From positions 1 through 64,000 of the forward strand of contig QPMI01000024.1 of the NCBI GenBank assembly GCA_004431415.1: DNA of 64,000 nt. The letters are read 5' to 3'. This document shows, piece by piece, positions 47,701-61,800 of this stretch (positions are counted from its first letter, which is position 1; each line of letters starts with the position of its first letter). The DNA is from Cyanophora paradoxa CCMP329. Taxonomy: Eukaryota > Plantae > Glaucophyta. The notes beneath the pieces were generated by a model that searched no databases, was not told the DNA's origin, and saw nothing but the letters and a program-made list of their open reading frames with translations. The translations under genes and the position numbers were made by a program.

Positions 47701-49002
47701 GATTTCGTCACGAAGAACTGGTGCTTCATGTCCGGCGATCGCGAGTCACACGGCGTCCGCTTCTGGCAGTGGCCCGTCCTCATGTGGGACCCCGATCTCC
47801 ATATTTCCAAGGTCCGTCTACGCGTGTACATGTTAACATTCGATCTGTTCTAGATCTGTGAGCTCGCATTTGGCGTGCTGAGCCCGGGGCCGGGGTACGT
47901 ATACACGCGCAGAGGAAGCTCACGTGGGAGTCGCGCTGGTACGAGTGGAACGCCGCGATGTGCTGGCCGCAGGAATTCGGGCCAGTGGAAATGCACAACG
48001 ACGTCAAGGACAGCTTGTGCGCATGCGTCCGCGCAACAAACGTCCTCGCGCTGTGATTGATTCGCTCGAGCAGCGCTCTCAAGAATGACCCTGCGGCGAC
48101 CGTTAACGGAAAAGAGGGTTTCGAACCTTCGGGGGTAGGAGCGACGGCGGAGGTCGACGTCGCGATGAAGCGTTACCTGAAGGCGATGTGCTGGGACGAC
48201 CCCGTCGAGTACCTCCGTAAGATCGCCGCCTGCGGGTGCGAGTGACCGATTCGCCTCTTTAAAGCCCGTCGATGGCTAGCCGCGTCCTCGAAACCCTTTG
48301 AGTGTAATCGAATGGCATGGCCACTCGACGTCTCCTTTCTGATCGCGTGCGATTTGACCAGGTACCACCTCGCCCGCGTGGACTCCGCCAAGACCGATCC
48401 CAACACCAAAGGCATCGACCGTTTCAAGCAGCACAAGGCAAAGATTCTTTCCGAGCTGCCATGTGAGTCTCGCCGCATTGGCGCACAATTAAAGCTTGCG
48501 AGGCCTGCTCTTCGTTGACCGATTCCCGCCGCCGCGGCCAGACCTGCTGGCACAGTCGAAGCACGCGGAGTTCTGCCGCCGCCTCATCAACGCCGGCTGC
48601 CTCGCCCCGAAGAACGAAGAGCTGGACGAGCTGGAGAAGATGGAGAACTCGCCCCTGCTCGAGCTCGAGCTCGCGGTCCCGCCCAAGGACTCGGAATCAG
48701 ACGCGGACCGGCGCCGGCCGCGGCCCGCCTACCCCGCCCTCTACATCAAGCCTTTCTGCCTCCTCCCGTCGGCTATCAAGGCCTTTTACGTCGCCCTGGT
48801 GCGCCCCCGCTCTCTTCTTCTCCCTCGATTACTCCGCCGACTCGCGCCCCAGGCCAAGGAGCAGCTCTCGCGGCTGCTGGACCTGCTCTACTTCGGCAAG
48901 GTCTATCCCTTCGGGGCGGAGCCGCCCGAGGTCGACGCGAGGCGGGCGAAGGCGCCGCACTTCACCCTGAAGCTGCGCTTCCTCAACCGCCTCAAGGTGT
49001 AG
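35795..49002 (+). CDS. Polycystin-2 / TRPP-like cation channel, many short introns, internal tandem duplication, long C-terminal region
   Basis: Spliced exons give IRELILFLGFLLLF (S1), IEDVYKW, YGEGGY, LQEARWID|NTRA (TOP domain), NFWNIVE, RLFKYFR, FALAGMIVFG, LFRFLLGD|FDY, FTNVFIAIVN|SYDE. Continuity with the 45.8-49 kb exons is inferred from splice phase; true ends uncertain. Confidence 0.85.
36492..45807 (+). repeat. Near-perfect ~4.56-kb tandem duplication (36492-41057 and 41248-45807) with a 190-bp junction insert
   Basis: The ORF track repeats itself at an offset of ~4750 bp; the differences noticed are 1-bp homopolymer indels. Confidence 0.95.
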
Positions 49003-49710
49003 GCCTCGAGCTTCGCGATCGGCGGCTGCAGAGTTCACGTGCTCGTGCAACACATACGCGATTGCCTCCGGATCCGGCATTTCGGCGGACAGTTGGAAAA
49101 TAGCTGTAGGCATAGGCAGGCTGGCCTCCTTAACCGTCTCAAGGTGTAGGCCTCGAGCTTAGGAAAATAGGAAGTAGGAAAATAGCAGTAGGCATAGGCA
49201 GGCTAGCCTTCTTCAACCGGCTTCAACCGAAAATAGCAGTAGGCAGGCATACCCGCTTCATGATCAACCGAAGCTTAAGCCTTGAGGTTTAGGCCTCGAG
49301 CCTTGAGGATCGGCAACACGTACACGCGCGTCTGCGCGATCGCGAGGCTCGTCGTGCGCCGCGGCACCGCGGTACTCTCTTTCTCTTTCGAAGCATCAGT
49401 CCGCCGAAGGTCGCTTTCAATTGCTTTACTTTCCATTTTCACTTTCGTTTCGCATCGATTTTCGATGCAGCTGTCTTCTAATTATATATAAGCCAGGCAG
49501 CAGCTCACGGTCGGTGAAAGCTTTAGATAGGAAATAGCTGTAGGCAGGCTGACCAGTTTTTCTCGTGATTTGGGATCGATATCTGCGATCATGATCATGA
49601 TCATGAGGAGATAATGGACTCCGGTAGATCTCTGCTCTCTGCCACATGGCTGCAGCTGTTTTCTGTTTTAAATGTGAACTTGAATTAGTAGTATCTTTAG
49701 ATCTCTCTAT

Positions 49711-52700
49711 ATGACGTTTAGGTTTCTTTCTCTGAACGTAGCAGGCAAACTAGATCGAGCTTTTCATGATGTATTAGGCAAATCTTATCGTTCTTTTCTC
49801 TTTGATTGCCTCCGCGATAGCGCGCGGCATTCAGCTGTGTTCCTGCAGGAGACTCATGTTTCTTCTTCCTCATTATCCAAGCGCCTCGCGCGCGCCTGGG
49901 GATCGGCCCCCTCTTTTTGGTCTCATAACCCTAGTGGTCAGGCCACTCAGGGGGTTGCCGCTCTCTTTCCTGGTGATTCCCCTTTTCAAATTCGGTTGTT
50001 GACTCCAGCTGATAGTCCTCGACTTCAACTTTTCTTGTTCGAGACCAAATTTGGTCCCATTTATTTTTGCAATGTATATGCTCCTACAGATGATTCTGAG
50101 CGTCGCGGTTTCTATGAAACTCTTCTTTATACTCTCGAGTCCGTGGTTCCTTTCGACAGCCGCCTCATCTTAGGAGGAGATTTTAATTTCCACGAGCTCC
50201 CTCTGATGCTCCCGGCCCTAGTCGTGGAACCCCTCCCCCGACGCCTTTGAGTTGATCCGAGCTCGTTATGGCCTTTTCGATGCCGGGCCTCACACTAGAG
50301 CGTGCTTTAAAACCTGGAGCCGGCCGCGGCCGGCGGGCGGGACGATTGAGTCCCGGCTCGATTATTTTTTCCTCTCGTCCTCCCTCCGCGATTGGGCCGT
50401 CTCGCTTCGGCCGTGGACGGCTTACTCTGCAGTTGGCGAGCCACGCAATTCTGATCATATAGGCATCTATCTCACACTTAAAGCCCCGGAATCTCTCGCC
50501 GTGGCCCCGGTCGCTGGCGCATGAACTGGGCGGCGTATGGGACATGCCCGGAATATTCTGGTTTCATTTCTACTATAATTCGTGACTGGCGCGCCGCGTG
50601 GCCATTAGTTACAGATCGCGTCCGTCGGTGGGACGCCCTCAAATCCGAGCTCCAGCGTCGTGTTCGGGCCTGGGAGCTTGATGAGAAGCGCAGGCGGAAG
50701 GACGCTTACATCTCCGCTGTTCGAGCTCTCGAGGCTCTCATCCGTCGCCACGCCGCTGGCTCTATTGATGATGTCGCTTTCCGTACACTGCGCACTTCTA
50801 TGATGCGCAGCTTGAATTCGCTTGTGTCTGACTATGCCAGACAGCATTCACGCAAAGAAATTCGTTTCGCCGCAACTCAAGATGGACGGTCTAGTAAAGC
50901 TTTTTTTGAGCATTATTTACCGGATTCTCATGCTCAGTTCCCGGAGGGGCTTCGGGCCCTCGACACCGAAGGCCCAGAGGCCGCGTCGGACGACCCCCGC
51001 ACTTTGCTCGAGCTTTCTTCCGCCTATTACGCTCAACTATATGACGGCGCTGCAGCTCAGGCCGCGGTTGATCGGTCGCTAGCTGAGCGGTCTGGCGTTG
51101 CCTCTCTCTATTCCCCTCACCGCCTGCTCCCTACTGAGTCTGCTGATCTTGACTCTGACTTATCGTCTGGAGAACTATTTCGTGCTTTTAAGGAGATGTC
51201 TGGCGGAGCCAAGTCTCCTGGCATCGATGGTCTCCCTGCTGAATTCTACGTTCACTTTTTTGATGAGATTGGCCCCGATTTCTGTGCTTACATCGCTGCT
51301 ATGTATGAGTCTGGGCAGCCGTCCGAGTCTTTGCGGCACGTCCTCATTACTCCTATTACTAAACCGGCAACGGACCCTACTTTGATTGCAAATCGCCGCC
51401 CAATTTCTCTCTCTAATGTCGAAGAGCGTGCAGTCGAGCGCGCCCTCTCCAACCGCTTAACGCCACTCATGTCTGGTCTTGTATCCCGCTTTCAGTCTGG
51501 CTTTATTCATCGTCGGTCCGCAGTGCACCAGGTTATGCTTGTTTATCTTCTCATGCATTACGAGGGCGGTAATCCTGCACTTGAACAGCTGTGCTTCGGA
51601 TTTCTTGATTTTTCAAAAGCCTATGACCGCGTTAACTGGAGCTTCCTTTTCTGGTCGCTCGAACAGTTCGGTTTCGGGTCCCAATTTATCAAGTGGGTCC
51701 GCCTGCTCTACTCTGATCTGCAGGGTTCTGTTCACATTAACGGCTGGACCTCCGCCCCTTTCCCCATTCGATGCGGTGTACGTCAGGGTGGCCCCTTTCG
51801 CCCTATCTATATAATTTGTGCACACACCTTTTAGCCCTTTTGATTAATGCTGATGCTCGTATACGAGGTGTCCGCTTGTCCTCTAGCTCTCTTTGCAAGG
51901 TGCTCCAGTTTGCAGACGACACGGTTCCTTTAATCTCGTCTTTTACCGAATTGCCTTTCTGGAAAGAGTGCTTTGATAAATACTGCCGGCTCTCTGGAGC
52001 TCTTATTAATCTCGAGAAATCTAGCCTTCTTCCACTCCGCGATATCCCCGCACATGCCTGGCCTAGCGTCGAGGACTGCCCCTGGCGGCGTCTTCAGGTG
52101 ACGGATCTCCCTCCCGCTGAAAAAATTCGAAAATACCTGGGCTTTCCACTAGAGCCCGATCTGTCTCGGTTCTGGCGGAAAAAGACCGCTGCTCTTGATA
52201 TCCGTGTCCAGCAAGCGAAGACTTATCGCATGCCGATGCGTTCCGGCGTTCTCCTTGCCTGGGCTGTATTTATTGGGTCCCTACATTATGCTCTATATTT
52301 GCTTGACCCCCTGATGCTCAGTATTCGACATGGCAAGAGAAGCTTCGCGCTTTTGCTGGCGTGAGCGGGCAGCTTTCGAAGTATATTTCTCCTCTGCCGT
52401 GGCGTCAAGGTGGTCTCAACTGCCCGGATATTCGAGCTTTTTCGTTATCGCTGAAAATGAAGTGGGTGGCCTTGCTCGCTGACCCCTCTTGTTCAGCTCC
52501 TTGGAAGGAGTACCTCTTGAGCAAACTGGACGCTCAGCTGGCACCTTTTTCCTATGGCCCCGCCCTTGTCTCGCTCCGCCTCCCACTTGACAGACTTGAC
52601 TTGCCTCCTATTTGGAAGCGGACTCTCTCCGAGTGGGCTCAGCGCCAGGGCGTGTGTCAACCTCGTAACTCTCCCGAAGTGTTATCCCAACCTCTTTTCT

Positions 52701-55700
52701 TCAATCCTCTGTTCAGTACTCCCGGCGACGAGGTCGACTGGAGTCGCTGTGCACGGTCCGGCTTGCTGCGGGTCTGCGATATCTGGGATTGTGCTGCCCG
52801 GGGGTTCCGGGCTCCAGCAGCTGCCTCCTCCGCCCTCCACTCCTTTTTCCCTAGTCTGTGTTCTGCGCTCCCGGCTACTTGGCGCCAGGTTCTCGAGGCC
52901 CTGCATCGCCGCCTCAGCATCTCTGGTGGTCCGGACCGGACGCCTCGTTTGCTCTCCTTCGAGGCCCAAGTGGTACTTTTGTTGCCTTCCCTGTTCGCGA
53001 TAACCAGATAATTCCACGGGTGCTGGACTACATACCGCGCGTTCCTTGCCGCCCTGCGGCTTCCCACCCTGTGGGCCTATCCTCGAGCTCCAATTCAATT
53101 CTGTCCCGTTTGCTCCCGCTGCATGTTTGCTTCAGCGCTGTCTTCCTCTCTCTTCGTCGCGGGACCCTGCCTGGCCTTTTTGTTCTTGGCGCAGGCCCTT
53201 CGGCCTTTCTTTCTCTTGATAATCTTGCGTTCACTTTCGCTCGTATGCTCCCTCTCCGCCTCTCCTCTGTTCGTCGCTTCTACTGCCTTGAGGTCCAGCG
53301 GCTTCGCGATGTGTCTAGCCACGCTCAGATGCCCGATGCTAAGTGGGGGTTTCCCGGCGCCTTGTCTCCGTCCCGTCTTCCTAATCTTGTCGTCCTTCAG
53401 TGTTTCCCGATGCTTTGGATCGATGCTCTTTACCGTTTGCATTTCAAATTGTATCGTTTGGGCGAGCAACAGTCGCCCCGCCGTCGTTTCTGTCGGGTTT
53501 GTAATGACGGATCTGCTCGCTCTCACGCGCACGTTTTCTCTGAGTGCCCGCTTTCTCGTTCGTTCTGGGATTTCATTCGTGAGCGCCTGAATTTCTGGGC
53601 TTCTACTCTTCCACCGGATGAGCGTGAAGAGGTCGCAGTGCCTGAGCTCTCTCTCTTCCACATCCTCTCGGTTCCGGATTTATCTGGGCCCATTTTGCGC
53701 AGTAAAGTTAACCCCGCCTTCTGCCTTCGCTCACTTGGAGCGATCCTTGCTGGCGTATTTTCCATCCAACAGGTTGCTCGCGCTCGGTGCGATCTTGAGG
53801 AGGCTGACATTGATGCGCCTTCTTACAACCGCGCCGCGCTTGTTGCCGCCTGGGACAGAAATATGTCGTACCTCGAGTTCACCCTTTCGCAGGCTTCGGC
53901 CTTGTTGGAGGAGCGGCGCGCTCGCTTGGCTGCTGCTGACGCTGATGATCAGGCTGCCTCGGATGATGACGCACATGATTCAGAGTCTGGTACCGGTTCT
54001 CATCGTTCTAGTTCAAGCTCTGATTCTGACTCGTCCGGCGCTCCTTCTTCGGGCGGTGCTGACAACCTCGTCTCTTCGCGTGACATCGATTCTGTCCTCC
54101 GGAATCCTGCGGAGTTTGCCGTTCGTGGGAATGTCCCGTTGGGATCCCTGGTGGTCGCCCGCCTCCTGCGCCGTCCCCTCCTGCTCTGGCCCCTGTAGTG
54201 ACCCTTGGGCCCATTCCTATTCCTGCTCTCGCTGCCCCTCTCGACGCTCCTTTCCCCCCATTCCCTGCGGTCCCGATCCCTGTGCTCCTTGGCCCTCTGG
54301 CCCCGCCTCTGCCTCCTCCCTCCTTACAACTTGCTGTCACGGGGCCTCTTCACTTGCCTGTTCCCCGGCAGGTCCCTGGTCATCTTGCAGCTCCATACCC
54401 CTTCTTACCTCTTCCCCTTGCTCCTCCACTTCCGCCCCTGCGAGGCCCTCTTTCTGACGTCCTCCTGGGTCAGCCCCCTCTTCAGCCCATCCTTCTTGCC
54501 CCCGCTTCTGCAACTGTGACGCTGGGCGGCACTATCTTTTTGCATGCCCCTCCCGCCTCTACGTCCCCGGTCTCTTTGCGTCTGCATCCACTTTCCCGGA
54601 TCCGCTTGCAGGCCCCCTCGCCTCCAGAGCTCGCCATCACTTCGGCCTCCCTCGCCTCCGCTCTCGATTCTCCATACCCTTCGAATAGCCGCCTCCTCTC
54701 TCCTCCTCCGCCCTCCCTCCCCCCCTCGAGCTCCGGGTCCTCGGCCTCTGCCCCGCTTCCGAGTGTTGGCGAGACTGTCCTCTTTTCGATCTCCCCGTCA
54801 TTCCGGCTCCCTGCTCCCCCTTCGGCGCCTCGGGTCCCATCTGCGGGTCCTATCCCGCTTCCTGGCGCTCGTGAGATTCGCCGCCGGCGCCCTCGTCGGG
54901 CCCTTGCGCCCTCGAGCTCGTCTCTCTCTGCACCGCCCATGGCCATGACCTCCGTGTCATCTGCTCCGGCGCCACCCGACCTTTCTCCTGCTTTGCTGCC
55001 CTCTCTTCGGCGCCGGCAGCGATCCCCGTCACCTGCTCGTGGCCCTTCCCCTGCCTCCGACCCTTCCTCGGCCCCCTCCTCGCCTCTTCCGTCTCGTCGG
55101 CCCCCGCCGCATTCCCGTCGGCGGATCTCTCGATCGACCCTGGACTCTCCGCCTGCCACTGTCTGCGGGTACCTCCGCCGCCGTGTTCGGCGCCGGCTGT
55201 CAGTACTTTGCTCGGTAGCTCCCCCGTCGTGGCTCCTCGGGGCCTCTTCGTCGTCGTCGTTCGCTGGGTTCCGGCTCCGGGTCAGATTTCTCGCCGGGCT
55301 TACCTTCTCCTGGCTCTGCTCCTGGGCCCTCAGCTCCGGGACCGGCTTCCCCGATCTCCTTCCGGACTCGTGGTCGTACCCGTCGCCGGCTTGCCGAGCC
55401 TGCGGCTCCTTCTACTTCCCCCGGCGGTTTGCCGGGCCGGACCCTCCGGCCTTTGTTCTTGATACCGGACTACCGCCTTTGTCCTTGTCTTCTGCTTCGC
55501 TGGTCGCGATCGTATCCCGCCGGCGCCGGCGTACTTCTTCGTCTTCTAGTTTAGTTCGGTCTGGTTCGGATTCTGATCGTAGTGTTGATGCTAGAGTTAG
55601 TTTCAATACTAGCTATAGTCCTCGTGCTCGACCTGTTGTTCGCCGTCGTTTGCAGTTCGATTGCCCGCCTCGACCCCGGCCGGCTTTAGTGATTCCTTTG

Positions 55701-56199
55701 ACTGTTCTTTTGCCTGCTCTTGATCCGCCTGCTCCGCCTCCTGTGTCCTCCTCGACCTCGTGCCGTAGCTCTGCCCTTTCGCATCGTCCTGCTTCGCCTC
55801 CGCCTCCATGTCGTCTTGTTGTTCCTCTTACTTGTCTTCTTCCTGTTATTTATCTTTCTCAATTTTGTCCCCCGCTTCTTAGTGATGTAATTCCTTCTGA
55901 TATTGATGGTATCTCTAGCTCTGGCTCTTCTTCGTGTCAGTTATCCTCTAGCTCTGGCTCTTCTTCGTGTCAGTTATCCTCTGTCCCTAGATCTGCTCGA
56001 TTTATCGTCTCTTCTCGCAATCGATCTGTCTCGAGCTCTGTGTCTTTCCTTTTTTATTGTCGATTTTGGCTCTTTGTCTTATCTTTCTTCGTGCTCTTGT
56101 CTTAGTTATTTTGCTATTTTGTCTCTATGCCCCCTGGGCAGCCCCCGCAGTGCTGGTGTCTAGAGACTGTGGCCGGTAATTCACCAAAAAAAAAAAAAA
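49711..56199 (+). mobile_element. L1/Tx1-clade non-LTR retrotransposon: APE endonuclease + RT + zinc finger, long Pro/Ser-rich 3' region, poly(A)
   Basis: APE motifs SLNV, LQETH, NVYAP, GGDFN, SRLDY, SDH; RT motifs KSPGIDG, RPISL, DFSKAYD, GVRQG.PLSP, QFADD, KYLG; CRVC...HVFSEC. Several 1-bp frameshifts; candidate TSD TCTCTAT (49704-49710, 56200-56206). Confidence 0.95.
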
Positions 56200-58189
56200 T
56201 CTCTATTTGTTTTCTCTTCTGATCATGACCATGATTATTTAAGACTCTTTGATGGGCTCTGCGCATGCAGCACTTGGTAGCGCGGAGCGTCATGCGTATA
56301 TGTATGCGTCAGCAGCGCAGTTTCCGAGCTTGCGGTGATCGCGAGCTTGCGGATATTTGCAGCGAACACCAGCGCTAGCTAGCCTATGTGCAGTAAACAC
56401 CAGCGCTAGCGCATATAGCCTAGTAGTAGTCTTTCGCGTCTCTTTTCGAGCGCTAGCGCGGCTCTGCAGCTGCAGCAGCTGAACTGCGGAAGCCTATCAC
56501 GATTCTATCTGTCTTTCTCGTAGCGTTCGACTCTGATTTAGCTATGATCACGTCAACAATGCTTAGAGATCTCCAGAATATTGATTAGGATAGCTGATGT
56601 CGATCACGCCTAAGTGAACCATGCATATGGCCATGATCAGAGCAGCCATAGCCAGAGTTAGCTGCACTTCAGGAAGGGAAATTAAAGAGCCTCGAAGGGG
56701 CCGGGCGCGGGGCCGCGGCAACTGCAGCCCTGGCCTGCGATCCGGATCCGCCCGCGGCCGGCCTGGGCTCTAAATTTAAATTAACGTTGCCGCTGCGAAA
56801 TTGAAAGGCCTGCAAAAGGCTACACGCGGCGTAACCGGTCTAAGCTCACAGCGAGCCCCAACAGTTCAGAGCGGGCCTCCCCGGGACCCCCAGCCCCCAG
56901 GCCCTAGGCCTCCCATGACCAGGCCCCCTTCCATCCCCCCCCCCGGGCTCCCCCGGCCCCCAGCCTCCCTGAACCCCGCCGGGCCCCCGGCGCCCCGGCG
57001 CCCCCTCCGCCAGGCCGCCGTCAGGCCGAGCCTAGGACCGGGTATGCTGTTTTGGCGCCGCCCGCCCCCCCCCCTCCCCCCCCCCTTAACTTCTTCCTGC
57101 CCGGACCCCCGCCCACCCACACACCCACACCCACCCATGCCACCCACACACAACCCCCCTAGCCTATAGCCAACCGCTGTCATCGATATCATAGTATAGC
57201 CAATTGCAACGTTTAACCGCTGTTGTATTGCCTCACGGCTTTATGCCGTCAGGAGCCGGCGCCCCGAGTCTCGCCACTCGCAGTGCTTGGCCTTAGTCTC
57301 CGCAGCGCTCACATTGAGTGCGCCGATTGGACCCCCATTACTTTTCATGTACCCCTCCCGGGCTCACACCCCGGGTGACACTCTTGTACCCGGCACTTGT
57401 GCTTGCTCCAGGAATACCAGCTCTGCCGGCTCTGCCAGCTCTGCTAGCCGCACCGTAAACTAGGCACTTCTGACCCTCGCCGGGCCTCGTCCAGCCATCC
57501 GACCCGCCAGCCGCAGCCAGGCGTGGTCGGACCGCTGGGCGAAGCGATCCGTGGACGGAGGAGCGCGTTTCGGAGGACAGTATTGCGAATCCGCCGCCGC
57601 ACGCCGACGCCGGACTCGCTAACGGTCGCCCCGTGCATCCGCAGTCTGCGGGAATCGACTGGCACGCCCCCGTCCCACGCCGGACGCGGAATCGTTGCTA
57701 GTGGCATCGGCGACGCTCGGAAACGGTGGATCGTCGACCGGACGCGCCCGTCACCGACCGACATCGACCAACCGACCTCGCCCCGCCGCCCGCTTCAGCG
57801 CCGCGCACTTCTCGGCCTTTCGAAGGGGGAGACTCTGCCAAAATTTCCGGCGGATTCAGCCCTTCGACTCGCCGGTGGACCGCCGACGCTCAGCTGCGGA
57901 CTTACCTCGCGATCACTTCCCCCGCCCCCACTTTCTCCCGCCCACGTCTCCGCCGCGCTGCGGACACGTGAACCTCGCCGGAGATCACCGATCGCAGCCG
58001 GCCTTCCCGCGTGGAAGCCCGGTCGGCGATCCTCCCTCGGCTCCTCGGACCTCCATCTTCGTCGCTTCTCCCGCCCACTCCCGCCCGTCGGCCGACGTCC
58101 ATACGTCGCCGACATCGATTTCCGCACCCGTCATTCCTTTTCCCCGGCCGCCGTCGCTCGACGACGCCGCGCCGTCCGTTACCCGCCGT

Positions 58190-58610
58190 TCCCGCCCTCT
58201 CCCCTCGGCTCTCCCTCGCCTTCGCCTCGCTGCGGACGCCACGAGCCTCGGCGGAGACCTCAGATCGCAGCCGGCCCTCCCGCGCGGAAGCCCGGCCGGT
58301 GATCTACGTGCGGCGCCTCGAACCGCTCCCGTCGCCCTTTCCCGCCCTCTCCCCTCGGCTCTTCCCTCGCCTCCGCCTCGCTGCGGACGCTACGAGCCTC
58401 GGCGGAGACCTCAGATCGCCGCCGGCCCTCCCGCGCGGAAGCCCGGCCGGTGATCTACGTGCGGCGCCTCGAACCGCTCCCGTCGCCCTTTCCCGCCCTC
58501 TCCCCTCGGCTCTTCCCTCGCCTCCGCCTCGCTGCGGACGCTACGAGCCTCGGAGGAGATCTTAGCTCGCAGCCGGCCTTCCCGCGTGGAAGCCCGGCCG
58601 GTGATCTACT
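58190..58610 (+). repeat. 151-bp tandem repeats (~2.7 copies plus a diverged copy at ~57960) in the retroelement leader
   Basis: GAGCCTCGG(C/A)GGAGA... recurs at 58243, 58394 and 58545. Confidence 0.85.
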
Positions 58611-58829
58611 CTCGGCGCCCCGGCTCTCACCCGTCGCCGCCGTCCTCGCCCCGCCCCGCCCGCTCGCCAGCCGACGCCCGTTCGTCGCCGGCACCGCCTC
58701 CCTGCTCTCTACACTCCGCCCCGATCCCGGCCGCCGTCGCGCGTCGACGCCGCGCCGGATCCCTCGCCTCCTCGCCCCCGCCCCTCGGCTCCGCGTCGGT
58801 TTCCTCCGTCTCCGCCGCGTGCAGACACG

Positions 58830-61800
58830 ATGGACTCCACGCACTTCGGCGACGCGCCGCGCCGGTGCTCGGCGACCAACACCTTACTTCAAGAGCTGAC
58901 GGACGTTGCTGCGGTCACCTCCAACGCCTCAGCGGAACGTGAAGCTCTCAACGCGCTGTCCAACACGGAGCGGCCGATCCTCATTGACTGTGGAGGCGGC
59001 ATCTGCATCACCAGTCCGGGCAACCCGCTCACGCCGCAAGGCGTCGCTGCCTGGCGAGACGACGCGCAGCGCGCAATTGACGGGGATACGAAGCGATACT
59101 CCGACGCCGACGACGGCTCAAAGCTCGCACTCGCGGGGGCGACTCTGGCGGCCAAGGCGCTACCGTCGCAGTACCAGGCCTCCATCCACGACATGATCAA
59201 TCAGACGCGTCAGCTCACTCGTGACCTCGCCAAGGCCAAGGAGGAGTCCCGCGACGCGGCCGACGCGGTCACTGACCATGTCCGGGAGAAGGGCCCGGAC
59301 GTGGCGGACCGGTCACGGGACACGCGCGAGACACGCCACCGGCTCCTGACTAAACACGACAACTGCAAGCGAACGGTTCGGCGCATCACCGACAGACTCG
59401 AGAGCGACCACTGTATCCGCGGACTCCCGTCGCTCGTACGCTGGGTTGCCATCAACATTACGGAACAGGAGCGCTTCCGCACACAGACGGTCCTCCTTCA
59501 GGCCTACAACGGCTACCCGCTCCCGGAGATGGTCAGCACCGTCGCCAAGATCCTTAGCTTTGTGGGGGCGGGTCTAGTCTGCAAGCTGGAAGGCCAACCT
59601 ACACCGATGGAGGTGTACAATGTCATCATGAAGATGATCGCGGCCCGGGACCTGGAAAGCGGACGTTACCCCCTCGGCGACTACCAGCTCGCCAAGATGG
59701 ACAACTTCAAACAGGCCCGGAGGGCGTCAAGGGAAGTCAAGGAGCTGGCGATGAAACACCAACCGCCGGCCGACTTGCTCAACGACGTGCAGGCGTGCAA
59801 TGCCGCGGTAGCGAACTTCTTGCTCGAAGTCCCGTGGCAACTCCGCACCTTCCCGTGGAAAGACGTCTCTCGCCGCTCCGCGACTGTCGCCCCGCCCGCC
59901 TCGGCCTCTTCCTCTCGCTCCGCCGAGAAATCGACCGCCCGTGCCGCGAGCACGCGCGACCCGTTCGACTCCTCGGCTTCCGTCTCCGACGAGCAGCTGG
60001 CCGCCCGTGCCGCGCGCACGCGCGACCAGCGCTCTCATGACCACGACGACGAAGAGGACGTAGACCACGAGCACACAAAGCCCCGCTCCTCACAATCGTC
60101 CACGCCGTCGCATCAGCACCACCTCGGCTGCTGCGGCGGGCAGTACGACAACATGTTCCGTGCTAGCGCTGCCTCGGACCGTGTTCTTCAGTTCCAGCTC
60201 GGCCACATCTCGAGGGCCCGCCTCCTCCACGAATCGCAGAGCACGGAATTTGAAACTCCGACGGGGGACATGACGGTTTACGGTGACGACGACGAGATCG
60301 AGTACCCGTTCAATTACGCCGACATCGGTTACGTCTACCAGAACGCGACGGCCCCGCAGACCGCTCCTCTCTACCAGGCGACGGCTCCGCCACCCGCTGG
60401 CTCGAGCGCGAACTCGACCCGGCCCCAGACACGGCCCTCCGACCATAACTTCAATATGCCTCGCCTGCAGACGAAGACGGATCTCCTCGCTGGTCTCAAC
60501 ATCCTACGCCCCGACAAACCCGTCCGACCTAACGGTACACGCTGGCTCTGCGACCGTTGCGTGAAGGCTGGCCTCCCAGAGGATGCCTGTTGGCACTTTG
60601 GCGACGACTACCTCCTCTGCACGACCCACTGGTACCGGTCGGAGCTGTGCAACCTGCCCACCTCCGACCCCGTCGTCGCTCAGCTCCACGCACGCCTCGG
60701 CTTGACCCCTTCCACCTCGACGTCGACGGGCGTCCCGACCGCTGCGCTACGGACTCAACAGCCCCGAGCCTGCTACCTCTGCGGGGTCTTCGGACACCTG
60801 GCGGCACACTGCGAGTGGGCCAACAAGTGTCTTCGCTGCGGACAGGAGGGCCACATCATGCGAGACTGCCCTAACCCCAACGGCGGCGGACCAGGCGGCC
60901 GCGGTGGTGGCGGACGCGGCGGCTTCGGAAGAGGCGGTGGCGCTCCAGGAGGTGGTTGCGGCGGCCCCAGCGGCGGTCGCGGCAGCTTCGGCGGTGGCTA
61001 CGGTGGCGGACGAGGCGGTGGTGGTGGCGGCGGCCGCGGCGGCGCCCCGACGCAGCCCCAGGGCGTCCCCTTCCAGGCCGCGACCCGCGCCTCGCGCCCG
61101 CCGGTGACGATGGGCATCTCCTACACGACCTGCCCCCCGCCGCCCTCCGTGCCCCTCGATGACGAGCCCATGCCCGACGCCTCGACCGCGCCGTCGCACG
61201 TCGACGCCGCAGCCTCGGCCTCGCAGTCGGGTCTCTTCCCCTCCTCGACCACCCCTGCGCCGTCGCACGCCGACGCCGCAACCCCGACCCTCCCGACGGC
61301 TGCACCCTCGCGCGTCGAAGCTGCAGCCGCTGTCCCCGCCATCCCCGTCGCTGCCTCCCGCGTGCCGTCGCACGACGACGCCACCACGGGCACGACCGTG
61401 ATTACTGCGACACAGGCCTCCGCTCCCGCCTCCTCTACGAGCACGCCCTCGACCGTCGGGACCTCAGGAACTCTGACACCGTCGCGCGCCGACGCTGCCT
61501 CGACCCCTACGGTCCCTGCTGCCTTGACCCGCTTCACCCCTCCCGCCGCCAAGCCTACCGCACCGTTGCCCGTCGACGCTGCGCGGACGACCCCCGGCCT
61601 CAAGACGTCCAAGGAGCTCGCACTCGAGGTGAAGGCGCGGCTCAAGGCGGCACAGGTCCGGATCCAGGAGCAGGCTCACTGGGCGGCGGAGCGCGCCCTG
61701 GGCACCCACGGCTCCAACGTTGCGGCGGTCCGCGTCTGCCCCGTCAACGTCACCACCGGCGGCCGCTCCTCTCCCCGCCCCCGCTCCGCCCTCAACATCG

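Noticed and set aside
54200-56130. Antisense charged protein in the LINE 3' region
   Set aside because: The minus-strand frames checked contain frequent stops; charge bias follows from pyrimidine skew.
58975-59010. ILIDCGG as a retroviral aspartic protease site
   Set aside because: It is N-terminal to gag and lacks D(T/S)G and the downstream hydrophobic-G motif.
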